Source: Piromyces finnis finn (Eukaryota; Fungi; Neocallimastigomycota). From it: a DNA stretch of 64,000 nt. The notes under the pieces were generated by a model, which had not been told where the DNA came from, searched no databases, and was given only the letters and a program-made list of their open reading frames with translations. Positions 1 to 10,388 of this stretch are shown piece after piece. The DNA is taken from assembly GCA_002104945.1 (NCBI GenBank), contig MCFH01000099.1, positions 13,208-77,207 of the forward strand. Direction: 5' to 3'. The translations under genes and the position numbers were made by a program. How positions within the stretch are numbered: position 1 is the stretch's first letter; the number at the start of each line of letters is the position of its first letter.

Positions 1-373
1 TAGTTATTATTAGTAAAGTTGATGCATACATTTTTTTTTTCTCCATATATATGAATTATAAGTATATAAAATTTACACATTTGTAAATTTATATATTTAA
101 AGTGTGTGGGTTTCATTTTGGATGGGTATAGGGCAATAGAAATGTTATTTTTATGAGGATATCCAAGTATGATATTGATTTTACAATAAAGTTTAATATA
201 GATGAGAAATACAAGTATATTTTCGAAACTTATAATCTTTTATCTGGTAACCTAGGTTTAATTGTACACATTTTATCTTTGAATTGATATTATCTACACA
301 TCATCAATTCGAATTACTATTTTTATTTTAATGACAGCAAAATTTTTACTAAATTATTTAATCAAATTTACAA

Positions 374-1649
374 TTTTATTTTTTTTTAACGGCGGCATCA
401 AATATTTTATTGTACACATTTTCATTATTATTGATAGGACTATTGGAATTGCGTTGATTGGAAAAATTTAATAGCTGGACTATGCAATTGTAATGTTTAA
501 TACGGATATCTCTAAATGTTGGACAATCTAATAACCACTCTTGCAACATGGACAGTAGTTAGGAGTTAGGACAAACTGGATCAACAAATTTAGCAGCTTT
601 TGTAACTCTAGCATCCAACTTATATCCGGTTCTTGTTTTCAATAACAGCCAGTAGAAGCCATAGACAAACTCTGGGTACTCATAATATAATTTAATAAAA
701 TCTATAGTTTTAATAATTTTATTATTGTTGATAGTATTAAGCTTTGATTGAATTTCTTTTGAGATCTTTCCAATAGAAGTTTTTAACTGCTTTAACATCT
801 CCATGCTTCTTTAATTTTTTATCAAGTGGCCTACTTGATTTGCACCATGTATATTTTTTAAATTTAAGAATGTAATTGACAAGGTGTGAGATGATACAAT
901 TTGAGTTTTTCCACTTGTTAAAGCGTCTATCCTGAGCTAATGCGCATTTGGCTAACAATAGAGGAATATTCAAATCTTTTAAACTAGAGTATAGAGATAT
1001 AAATGATACAGCTTTATGAACTTCAGCAACTTATCGTATTCCTTTGTAAACATGCTTCTGAGCAATCCTAGACCTAGCTTTATGAAACTCTGTTGATTAC
1101 TTGTAAGTTAAGTACTAACTTTTAGAAAGGAATAGGATTATTAGGATTATCTTAAGAGTTGACTTACTAAAAAAAAAAAAATGTCCTTTCAAAACCTTGT
1201 TATTAAAAACTTTAATAACTGGTTTAAGGGTCAAATTCTTATCAAATGGAATACCAAGATAGGTGTAACAATCAGTAGTTGGAATGGATTTTCTTGCTAA
1301 GTAAAATATTAGATCTTTCTTGTTCTAATTTTCTACTGATTCAGGACGTATTATCATCGTTGAATATTACTGGATACCAAATTTCATTTCATTATACAAA
1401 GTCCATTCGATAACTCTTTTTAGCAACTTTTTTAAGTATCTTCTTAATAGAGTATAAATAACTATATTATTTGCAAAAAAAGTCCACCACAGCATCGAAT
1501 GCCTCCTAAACTGACACCGAGATCTTCGTACTCTTTAAAAATATTATTAATAAAAAGATTAATAAGAATAGGAAAAAATGGGCAAGCTTGACGGACTTTT
1601 TTCTTAACATCAAAAGATTTCGAGAATTGACCAACAAATTTGACATTAG
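374..1649 (-). pseudogene. Degenerate older relic of the non-LTR element (RT to C-terminal region, with deletions and frameshifts)
   Basis: Pieces align to about 4265-5528 of the intact element with many substitutions and deletions. Broken ORFs 559-804 and 737-973 carry element peptides (YPEFVYGFYWLLLK, KCALAQ). A T-run plus aacggc(ggc)atcaaatatttt sits at 374-408. Confidence 0.9.
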
Positions 1650-1680
1650 ATATTAAATAAAAATTTACGAAAGTTGATTA

Positions 1681-1884
1681 AATATTTTTAAACTCTATTA
1701 TTAAATTAATTAAAATTATAATACGTAATTAAAAAATTAAAAATTAAAATAAAAATAAAAAAAATAGGTTTAAAGAAACACAAATGAATAAAAATTGAAT
1801 ATAATGTATTCTAGTCATTTTAATTAAAGTAAAAAAACCACTATCATACTAAAGTATAATAATTGTATTTGACTTCCAATGGGA
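1681..1884 (-). mobile_element. Diverged 3' UTR fragment of the element
   Basis: Matches the 3' UTR at 3480-3690 with scattered substitutions and ends at gacttccaatggga. Confidence 0.85.
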
Positions 1885-1922
1885 TTTTTTTTATTTTTTT
1901 TTTATTAACGGCATTAAATATT
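1885..1922 (-). mobile_element. Ultra-short 5'-truncated insertion (poly(A) plus about 16 nt of element 3' end)
   Basis: T-run plus aacggcattaaatatt between near-identical direct repeats ttccaatggga (1874-1884) and ttccaatagga (1923-1933). Confidence 0.65.
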
Positions 1923-1930
1923 TTCCAATA

Positions 1931-1933
<3 letters not shown>

Positions 1934-1972
<39 letters not shown>

Positions 1973-2634
1973 GGCATCAAATATTTTAAACTTTATTATT
2001 AATTTAATTAAAATTATAATACATGTAATAAAAAAATTAAAATTAAAATAAAAATAAAAAAAAATATGTTTAAATAAACACAAATGAATAAAAATTGGGT
2101 ATAATGTATTCTAGTAATTTTAATTAAAGTAAGAAAGCCACTATCATACTAAAGTATAATAATTGTATTTGACTTCCAATGGGACACCGAGCCAAAGATC
2201 AAAATTTTGTCATGGAACAAAATTATGATCTCCATTGGTTGCGCTGGCCCTCCTGGCCTGTCTTACTGTTTCTTCAGCATTGACGCTCTTGGATGTTGCT
2301 TCAAACCTTTTGAACATTGACCATTGCTGGCCAATAGCAAAAGGCATGATTTTGGTTAGAAGTTCCGCGGTTACCGTCAAGAATGGTGTTCCTTCATTAG
2401 TACCAGATTGAATCTGACGCTTACAAAGTTCTTTCCATTCCCTTGAATTGTAATTAATATTGTTAAAACTTCTTCCCCCAAGAAGGAATTTAAATATTTT
2501 ACTGCACACACTAGAATAATCATACACATTAGTATTCACCGGATTATTAGAACTATTACTATCATTAACTAAATTACTATCTAAATTAGAATTATTATCT
2601 TCACTATTGTTATCATTACTAATATTATTATTTC
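1934..2634 (-). mobile_element. 5'-truncated copy B
   Basis: T-run 1934-1969, 3' UTR and ORF C-terminus (NGDHNFVP*), nearly identical to the intact copies. Confidence 0.95.
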
Positions 2635-3407
2635 TTTTTTTTTTTTTTTTTTTTTTTTTTAACGGCATCAAATATTTTAAACTTTATTATTAATTTAATT
2701 AAAATTATAATACATGTAATATAAAAATTAAAATAAAATAAAAATAAAAAAAAATATGTTTAAATAAACACAAATGAATAAAAATTGGGTATAATGTATT
2801 CTAGTAATTTTAATTAAAGTAAGAAAGCCACTATCATACTAAAGTATAATAATTGTATTTGACTTCCAATGGGACACCGAGCCAAAGATCAAAATTTTGT
2901 CATGGAACAAAATTATGATCTCCATTGGTTGCGCTGGCCCTCCTGGCCTGTCTTACTGTTTCTTCAGCATTGACGCTCTTGGATGTTGCTTCAAACCTTT
3001 TGAACATTGTCCATTGCTGGCCAATAGCAAAAGGCATGATTTTGGTTAGAAGTTTCGCGGTTACCGTCAAGAATGGTGTTCCTTCATTAGTACCAGATTG
3101 AATCTGACGCTTACAAAGTTCTTTCCATTCCCTTGAATTGTAATTAATATTGTTAAAACTTCTTCCCCCAAGAAGGAATTTAAATATTTTACTGCACACA
3201 CTAGAATAATCATACACATTAGTATTCACCGGATTATTAGAATTATTACTATCATTAACTAAATTACTATCTAAATTAGAATTATTATCATCACTATTGC
3301 TATCATTACTAATATTATTATTTCTATTACTATTATTGTTATTATTACTATTGTTACTATTACTATTGTAATTATTACTATTGTTATTATTACTATTTCT
3401 ATTACTA
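2635..3407 (-). mobile_element. 5'-truncated copy C
   Basis: T-run 2635-2660, 3' UTR and ORF C-terminus up to the Asn-rich tract. It is followed by a 37-bp diverged element fragment at 3408-3444. Confidence 0.95.
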
Positions 3408-3442
3408 TCTTCGGCATTGACGCTCTTGGATGTTACTCCAAA

Positions 3443-3444
<2 letters not shown>

Positions 3445-3482
<38 letters not shown>

Positions 3483-6400
3483 GGCATCAAATATTTTAAA
3501 CTTTATTATTAATTTAATTAAAATTATAATACATGTAATAAAAAATTAAAAATAAATAAAAATAAAAAAAATATGTTTAAATAAACACAAATGAATAAAA
3601 ATTGGGTATAATGTATTCTAGTAATTTTAATTAAAGTAAGAAAGCCACTATCATACTAAAGTATAATAATTGTATTTGACTTCCAATGGGACACCGAGCC
3701 AAAGATCAAAATTTTGTCATGGAACAAAATTATGATCTCCATTGGTTGCGCTGGCCCTCCTGGCCTGTCTTACTGTTTCTTCAGCATTGACGCTCTTGGA
3801 TGTTGCTTCAAACCTTTTGAACATTGACCATTGCTGGCCAATAGCAAAAGGCATGATTTTGGTTAGAAGTTCCGCGGTTACCGTCAAGAATGGTGCTCCT
3901 TCATTAGTACCAGATTGAATCTGACGCTTACAAAGTTCTTTCCATTCCCTTGAATTGTAATTAATATTGTTAAAACTTCTTCCCCCAAGAAGGAATTTAA
4001 ATATTTTACTGCACACACTAGAATAATCATACACATTAATATTCACCGGATTATTAGAACTATTACTATCATTAACTAAATTACTATCTAAATTAGAATT
4101 ATTATCTTCACTATTGCTATCATTATTAATATTATTATTTCTATTACTACTATTGTTATTATTACTATTTCTATTATTACTATTACTACTATTGTTATTA
4201 TTACTATTGTTATTATTATTATTGTTACTATTACTATTACTGTTATTGCTATCTCTACTGACATTATCAATTTCATTATTATTGATAGGACTATTGGAAT
4301 TACGTTGACTGAAAAAATTTAATAGCTGGACTATGGAATCATAATGTTTAATACGGATATCTCTAAATGTTGGACAATCTAATAACCAATGTTTAATACT
4401 TTGATCTCCACACTTGCAACATGGACAGTAGTTAGGACAAACTGGATCAACAAATTTGGCAGCTTTGGCAACTCTAGCATCCAACTTGTATCCGCTTCTT
4501 GCTTTCAATAGCCAGTAGAAGCCATAGGCAAACTCTGGGTACTCATAACATAATTTAATAAAATCTTTAGTTTCAATAAATTTATTATCATCATAATATT
4601 GCGCTTTGATTGAATTCCCTTTGAGATCTTTCCAATAAAAGTTTTTAACTGCTTTAACATCTCCATGTTTCTTTAATTTTTTATCAAGTGTCCTACTTGA
4701 TTTGCACCACGTGTATTTTCTAAATTTAGGAATGTAATTGACAAGGTGTGAGATAATACAATTTGAGTTTTTCCATTTGTTAAAACATCTAACCTGAGCT
4801 AACGCACATTTGGCTGACAATGGAGGAATATTCAAATCTTTTGAAATAGAGTATAAAGATATAAACGATACAGCTTTATGAACTCCGGCAACCCATCGTA
4901 TTCCTTTGTTAACATGCTTCTGAGCAATCCTAGACCTAGCTTTGTTGGATCCAAGTAATGGTGCAAAGTATGAAACTCTGCTAATCACTTGAGAGTTAAG
5001 TACTAGTTTTTTGAAAGGAATAGGAATATTAGGATTTCTTAAGAATTTACTGACTGAGAAAAGTCCTTTCAAAACCTTGTTATTAAGAACTTTAATTACT
5101 GGTTTAAGGGACAGATTCTTATCAAATGGAACACCAAGATAAGTGTAGCAGTCAGTAGTTGGAATGGGTTGTCCTGCTAAGTAAAATGTTGGATCTCTCT
5201 TGTTCTGATTTTCTATTGATTCAGGACGAATCACCATCGTTGAACATTTCTGGATACCAAATTCCATTTCATTATACAAGGCCCATTCATTAACTCTTCT
5301 AAGCATCTTTTTTAAGCATCCTCTTGTTGGAGCACAAATAACTATATCATCTGCAAAAAGTCCACCACAGCATCGAGTGTCACCTAAACTGACTCCGAGA
5401 TCTTCACACTCTCTAAATATATCATTAATAAAGAGATTAAAGAGAATAGGAGAAAGAGGGCAACCTTGACGGACTCCTTTTTTCACATCAAAAGATTTCG
5501 AGAATTGTCCATCTAATTTGACATTAGCCTTAGATGTTAAATATAAATTTTTGATAAATTGTAGACTCTTACCTCGGATTCCTAAACAATCTAATTTATG
5601 GAGAATATTACCGATTGGGACTGAATCGTATGCTTTCCTGAGATCTAAAAAGGCCAAATATGTCTCTTTATTATCTAATTGACGTCTACGGCATATTTCT
5701 TGGATTGAAATGAAAAGACTGATACTTTCTTCCTTTTTTCGAAAACCAAATTGTTCAGGTCTAATGAAATTATTCTTAAGACCATATTCTGAGATTCTAG
5801 TGGTGACAATTTTGGAGATCAACTTAATACCATTATTGATAAGTGATATACCTCGATAGTTATCACAATCTGTCAAATCTCCCTTCTTAGGAATAGAAAC
5901 AATACTGGATTCATTCCATGAGTTGGGGAAATCTCCATCCCAAATACGGTTAAATAATTTAAGAATAAAATTTAAACCATGAGCATCATTATCTGAAGTA
6001 GTATTACCAGAAGAATTATTATCTGTAGCATTATTAGAATCATTACTTGATGGAACTAATGCTTTGTAAAATTCAATTGGAATACCATCCGGACCTGATG
6101 CTTTATAATTTGGAGTAGTGAGGATAGCTGACTTGACTTCATCAATACTAATATCTTGGTTGATATCCCACTCATCAAGCATAGGAAGTGAAAAACGTTT
6201 ATTCGTTGGTTCTTCATACCAATGCTCCAAATCAAGACTTACACCACTTGGATCTGATGCAAGATTTTCGAAATGATCATGCCACACATCTAGTTGTTCT
6301 TCCGTAGCAACAACTAATTCTCCATTTTTATTTTTAATTGGTTGAGCAATAAAGAAAGAATCTTTTCCAATTTTTGCAGTTTTCTTGATCCATTTCCAGG

Positions 6401-8903
6401 CCTTCTTAGGATTATGACTCTTCATATACTCACATCCTGTTTTAATCCAATGAAGATATTCTTGTTTCCTAAATTCATTACATCTTTTGTGGATGTAATC
6501 AATGAGCTTACGGTAGATTTTAATTCTTTTAATAAATTCATCTATATCATAAATTCTTTCTTTTTTAAATCTCTTATACAACTTCATTTTGATTTTTTGG
6601 AGATTAAAAATTTGTTGTGAAATATGAAATGAAGACTTTATAACATTATTTGCTGAGGTAATACTGAGCTCGTCTGCAATTGAAAAAGCAGTTGAAGTAA
6701 ACTCTTTGGAAAGTTCATCTGTAGAAACATTAGGATCGTTGAATTTTGCTGAAAGAATTTGGAATTTATTATGACTGAGAATAGATTCCTTTTCCTCAAT
6801 ACATTTTAATCTATTCCATTTCAGAATTTTCTTAGGAACATTAAAGTCATTAGAAAAATCTTCCATAGGAATAATTTTACCATTAATAAGAAGTGGCTTA
6901 TGGTCTGATACAGGATAAAAATTATTTATAAATGATCCTGAGTGAATAAGATCTTTCATCTTCGAATTGATAAGAGCATGGTCAATGTCGGAAGATTGAT
7001 CACCTCGAGTCCAAGAGATAGTCGACCCTCTAAGCGGAAGAATTTCCCAATCTCCTAATCCATTAGTTGATAACCAGTTGGATAATTTTACTTTAGACAT
7101 ATTAAAATCACCAACAAGAATCGATGGATGGGATGAATGAGTTTGTAACCACAAGCGAACTTCTAACTTTGCATGATCAACATAGATGTTGTGATGACTA
7201 TGAGGCATATAAACATTTCCAATCGAGCATTTGAATCTATTCCAGAGACTAAAAGTATAAATAGAAATAATATACTTTCCAGAGAAGTTTTCAAGTGAGG
7301 CTTGACACGAATTGTGAAAACCTAAATATAAACCTCTCATTCCTGGAACTGATTCGTCAGCTTTCTTGAAAAAGTGTCTATAGTTTCGCAAAGTAACACG
7401 ACAAGGATAATCTGTATTCGATCCAGAACCATTACCAGTTTCTTGGAAACATAAGAATAATGGTTTGAAAATAGCTGTGAAATAGCTAATACTATCTCTC
7501 TTTTCGTGATTCCACCCATTGGTGTTCCAACTAAGACAAAAAGAAAAGTTATCAGGCTTGTTGGATGAGGAAGAATCGTTGCTATTATTATTATTATTAA
7601 AGTCATCGTTATTAATGGATGATGCATCAGAGGAATAAGTAGAACTATTATTAGATGGCTGTAAAACTGAAGAACTATCAACTATTGAACTGTTATCAGA
7701 GTTGATAGAACTATTAGAATTAATTGTTGAATGTTGAGATTGAAATTGTGTTTGCTGTAGATCTGGAATATTTTCATGATGGGAAACTTGTTGAAGATCT
7801 TGTTGAAGATCTTGTTGAAGATCGGATTGTTGATGAGATTGTTGAACTGATTGTTGAAATGATTGTTGAATAGAATGTTGATGTTTATTAGAAACTAAAA
7901 TTTTACGTTTGAGAGTGGAAAAAGTGTATTTGTGATTCCTTCTACTACGAGCTGAAAAGGAAATTGAGGTAACTGAAAGTTTCTTCTTTAACATGTGTAA
8001 GATTTTAATACAATCTTTTGATGAACCATGAACCTTGACTAAGAAAAAGTGATCATTGAAAGTCTGAAAATATTTAACACTAATAACTGAATTAAATTTA
8101 TCTTCTAGAATAACCTCGAGTTTTTCCCATAGCATATTTACTGACCATGATCGAATACCACGGATAAAGAAGGAGCGAATATCATCTAAGGGGATACCAA
8201 AAGACCGGGTACCACGTCTGATATAATTCTTATCTTTAATATAAATGACTGACATGATAATTAATTCTAATTAAAAAAAATTGAATATAAAATAAATACT
8301 AATAAAAATTACAAATATAACGTATATGGAAAAAAATCTGTCTCTCTCTCTCTTCTTAAAAGTACTGGATAGTACAAAAATTGTTACGATGCTTTGTTTA
8401 AAGTTTCTTTTTTTTTTTTTTTTTTTGAATTCTAGTTGTAAATTTTCTTTAAAAATTCTAGTTTTGGTTTGTTGTTAGTAAATTCGATTCGCTTTTTGAC
8501 ACTAAAATTGTTTGACTTTACTTTTCATTAAATATTTAAATTGGTAAAAAATTTGAATCAAGAATGTCGACACCAGAAAGCTTGTGAATAGTATTTTTAC
8601 ATGATGTAGAGTGAATCAGTCTCTTACAAGAAACAATACAACAATAGCTACATGAATATAAAAATACAATGCAAATGCTAAAGTTGACTACATTGGATTC
8701 TTACAAGAGAAGAGTAGTACTACATGAATACATGAATAAAAGAAAAAATACAGCAACAAAATGTATTACTCTTCTAATTAAATACTATACAAACTTACCT
8801 GAATATCAAACATTCAACTTATTCATCAAATACTTAATTCGATGAATAAAATGTTTTTTAATCGCTCAGTACCATGAGCTTAGTCCTAATAATTTTCCCT
8901 TGA

Positions 8904-8907
<4 letters not shown>
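3445..8907 (-). mobile_element. Non-LTR (LINE-like, APE-type) retrotransposon, element 1; intact ORF, 5' monomers absent
   Basis: Poly(A) as T-run 3445-3479, 237-nt 3' UTR, 1512-aa ORF. The 5' UTR stops at cccttgaagac, exactly where the monomers begin in elements 2 and 3. Confidence 0.97.
3717..8255 (-). CDS. Single-ORF retrotransposon protein: putative RRM, APE endonuclease, reverse transcriptase, CCHC knuckle
   Basis: APE motifs SWNTNG, FQET, GDFN, DIDH, SDH. RT motifs GPDGIP, YRGISL, QFGF, FLDLRKAYDSV, GVRQGCPLSP, FADD, YLGV. Knuckle CPCCKCGDQSIKHWLLDC. Confidence 0.97.
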   Translation of the reverse strand: MSVIYIKDKNYIRRGTRSFGIPLDDIRSFFIRGIRSWSVNMLWEKLEVILEDKFNSVISVKYFQTFNDHFFLVKVHGSSKDCIKILHMLKKKLSVTSISFSARSRRNHKYTFSTLKRKILVSNKHQHSIQQSFQQSVQQSHQQSDLQQDLQQDLQQVSHHENIPDLQQTQFQSQHSTINSNSSINSDNSSIVDSSSVLQPSNNSSTYSSDASSINNDDFNNNNNSNDSSSSNKPDNFSFCLSWNTNGWNHEKRDSISYFTAIFKPLFLCFQETGNGSGSNTDYPCRVTLRNYRHFFKKADESVPGMRGLYLGFHNSCQASLENFSGKYIISIYTFSLWNRFKCSIGNVYMPHSHHNIYVDHAKLEVRLWLQTHSSHPSILVGDFNMSKVKLSNWLSTNGLGDWEILPLRGSTISWTRGDQSSDIDHALINSKMKDLIHSGSFINNFYPVSDHKPLLINGKIIPMEDFSNDFNVPKKILKWNRLKCIEEKESILSHNKFQILSAKFNDPNVSTDELSKEFTSTAFSIADELSITSANNVIKSSFHISQQIFNLQKIKMKLYKRFKKERIYDIDEFIKRIKIYRKLIDYIHKRCNEFRKQEYLHWIKTGCEYMKSHNPKKAWKWIKKTAKIGKDSFFIAQPIKNKNGELVVATEEQLDVWHDHFENLASDPSGVSLDLEHWYEEPTNKRFSLPMLDEWDINQDISIDEVKSAILTTPNYKASGPDGIPIEFYKALVPSSNDSNNATDNNSSGNTTSDNDAHGLNFILKLFNRIWDGDFPNSWNESSIVSIPKKGDLTDCDNYRGISLINNGIKLISKIVTTRISEYGLKNNFIRPEQFGFRKKEESISLFISIQEICRRRQLDNKETYLAFLDLRKAYDSVPIGNILHKLDCLGIRGKSLQFIKNLYLTSKANVKLDGQFSKSFDVKKGVRQGCPLSPILFNLFINDIFRECEDLGVSLGDTRCCGGLFADDIVICAPTRGCLKKMLRRVNEWALYNEMEFGIQKCSTMVIRPESIENQNKRDPTFYLAGQPIPTTDCYTYLGVPFDKNLSLKPVIKVLNNKVLKGLFSVSKFLRNPNIPIPFKKLVLNSQVISRVSYFAPLLGSNKARSRIAQKHVNKGIRWVAGVHKAVSFISLYSISKDLNIPPLSAKCALAQVRCFNKWKNSNCIISHLVNYIPKFRKYTWCKSSRTLDKKLKKHGDVKAVKNFYWKDLKGNSIKAQYYDDNKFIETKDFIKLCYEYPEFAYGFYWLLKARSGYKLDARVAKAAKFVDPVCPNYCPCCKCGDQSIKHWLLDCPTFRDIRIKHYDSIVQLLNFFSQRNSNSPINNNEIDNVSRDSNNSNSNSNNNNNNNSNNNNSSNSNNRNSNNNNSSNRNNNINNDSNSEDNNSNLDSNLVNDSNSSNNPVNINVYDYSSVCSKIFKFLLGGRSFNNINYNSREWKELCKRQIQSGTNEGAPFLTVTAELLTKIMPFAIGQQWSMFKRFEATSKSVNAEETVRQARRASATNGDHNFVP

Positions 8908-8934
<27 letters not shown>

Positions 8935-9162
8935 AACGGCATCAAATATTTTAAACTTTATTATTAATTTAATTAAAATTATAATACATGTAATAAAAAA
9001 TTAAAAAATAAAAATAAAAATAAAAAAAATATGTTTAAATAAACACAAATGAATAAAATTTGGGTATAATGTATTCTAGTAATTTTAATTAAAGTAAGAA
9101 AGCCACTATCATACTAAAGTATAATAATTGTATTTGACTTCCAATGGGACACCGAGCCAAAG

Positions 9163-9199
<37 letters not shown>

Positions 9200-9635
9200 G
9201 GCATCAAATATTTTAAACTTTATTATTAATTTAATTAAAATTATAATACATGTAATAAAAAATTAAAAATAAATAAAAATAAAAAAAAAATATGTTTAAA
9301 TAAACACAAATGAATAAAAATTGGGTATAATGTATTCTAGTAATTTTAATTAAAGTAAGAAAGCCACTTTTTCCTTTAGAAAAGGAGAGGATATAATAAA
9401 AAGGTTTCAAAAAAAAAAAAAAAAAGGACAGAAAAAAACTATACTTTTTCCTTTTTTAATCCACTCTTGATTAAATCATCATCTGGTGGCATCCTCTCCT
9501 TTCTTTGTGAATAAAGCAATATTTACACCACAAAAATATAAATATTATGCCAAAGATCAAAATTTTGTCATGGAACAAAATTATGATCTCCATTGGTTGC
9601 GCTGGCCCTCCTGGCCTGTCTTACTGTTTCTTCAG

Positions 9636-9637
<2 letters not shown>
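8908..9637 (-). mobile_element. 5'-truncated copy D, interrupted by the 9169-9548 insertion
   Basis: T-run 8908-8934 and 3' UTR to 9168. It resumes at 9549 with duplicated gccaaagatcaaa and runs to cttcagca. Confidence 0.9.
9169..9548 (-). mobile_element. Chimeric insertion: poly(A), 172 nt of element 3' UTR, 180 nt of non-element sequence
   Basis: Flanked by exact 13-bp TSD gccaaagatcaaa (9156-9168 and 9549-9561). Segment 9369-9548 matches nothing in the three intact elements. Confidence 0.85.
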
Positions 9638-9680
<43 letters not shown>

Positions 9681-10114
9681 GGCATCAAATATTTTAAACT
9701 TTATTATTAATTTAATTAAAATTATAATACATGTAATATAAAAATTAAAATAAAATAAAAATAAAAAAAATATGTTTAAATAAACACAAATGAATAAAAA
9801 TTGGGTATAATGTATTCTAGTAATTTTAATTAAAGTAAGAAAGCCACTATCATACTAAAGTATAATAATTGTATTTGACTTCCAATGGGACACCGAGCCA
9901 AAGATCAAAATTTTGTCATGGAACAAAATTATGATTTCCATTGGTTGCGCTGGCCCTCCTGGCCTGTCTTACTGTTTCTTCAGCATTGACGCTCTTGGAT
10001 GTTGCTTCAAACCTTTTGAACATTGACCATTGCTGGCCAATAGCAAAAGGCATGATTTTGGTTAGAAGTTCCGCGGTTACCGTCAAGAATGGTGTTCCTT
10101 CGTTAGTACCAGAT

Positions 10115-10117
<3 letters not shown>
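9638..10117 (-). mobile_element. 5'-truncated copy E, left part (target of element 2)
   Basis: T-run 9638-9677, 3' UTR and ORF tail to agtaccagattga. Its continuation is at 21447-21509. Confidence 0.92.
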
Positions 10118-10152
<35 letters not shown>

Positions 10153-10388
10153 GGCATCAAATATTTTAAACTTTATTATTAATTTAATTAAAATTATAAT
10201 ACATGTAATAAAAAATTAAAAATAAAAATAAAAATAAAAAAAATATGTTTAAATAAACACAAATGAATAAAAATTGGGTATAATGTATTCTAGTAATTTT
10301 AATTAAAGTAAGAAAGCCACTATTATACTAAAGTATAATAATTGTATTTGACTTCCAATGGGACACCGAGCCAAAAATCAAAATTTTG

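Noticed and set aside
241-254. tttatctggtaacc shared between about 239 and about 40468
   Set aside because: A 14-bp match with no extended flanking similarity, so it is insufficient to call a repeat.
2210-3490. MMPLKKKK... ORFs (2210-2671, 2900-3490) as genes
   Set aside because: Junction artefacts: the upstream copy's GATGCCGTT-poly(A) end read into a truncated ORF tail. The frame depends on homopolymer length.
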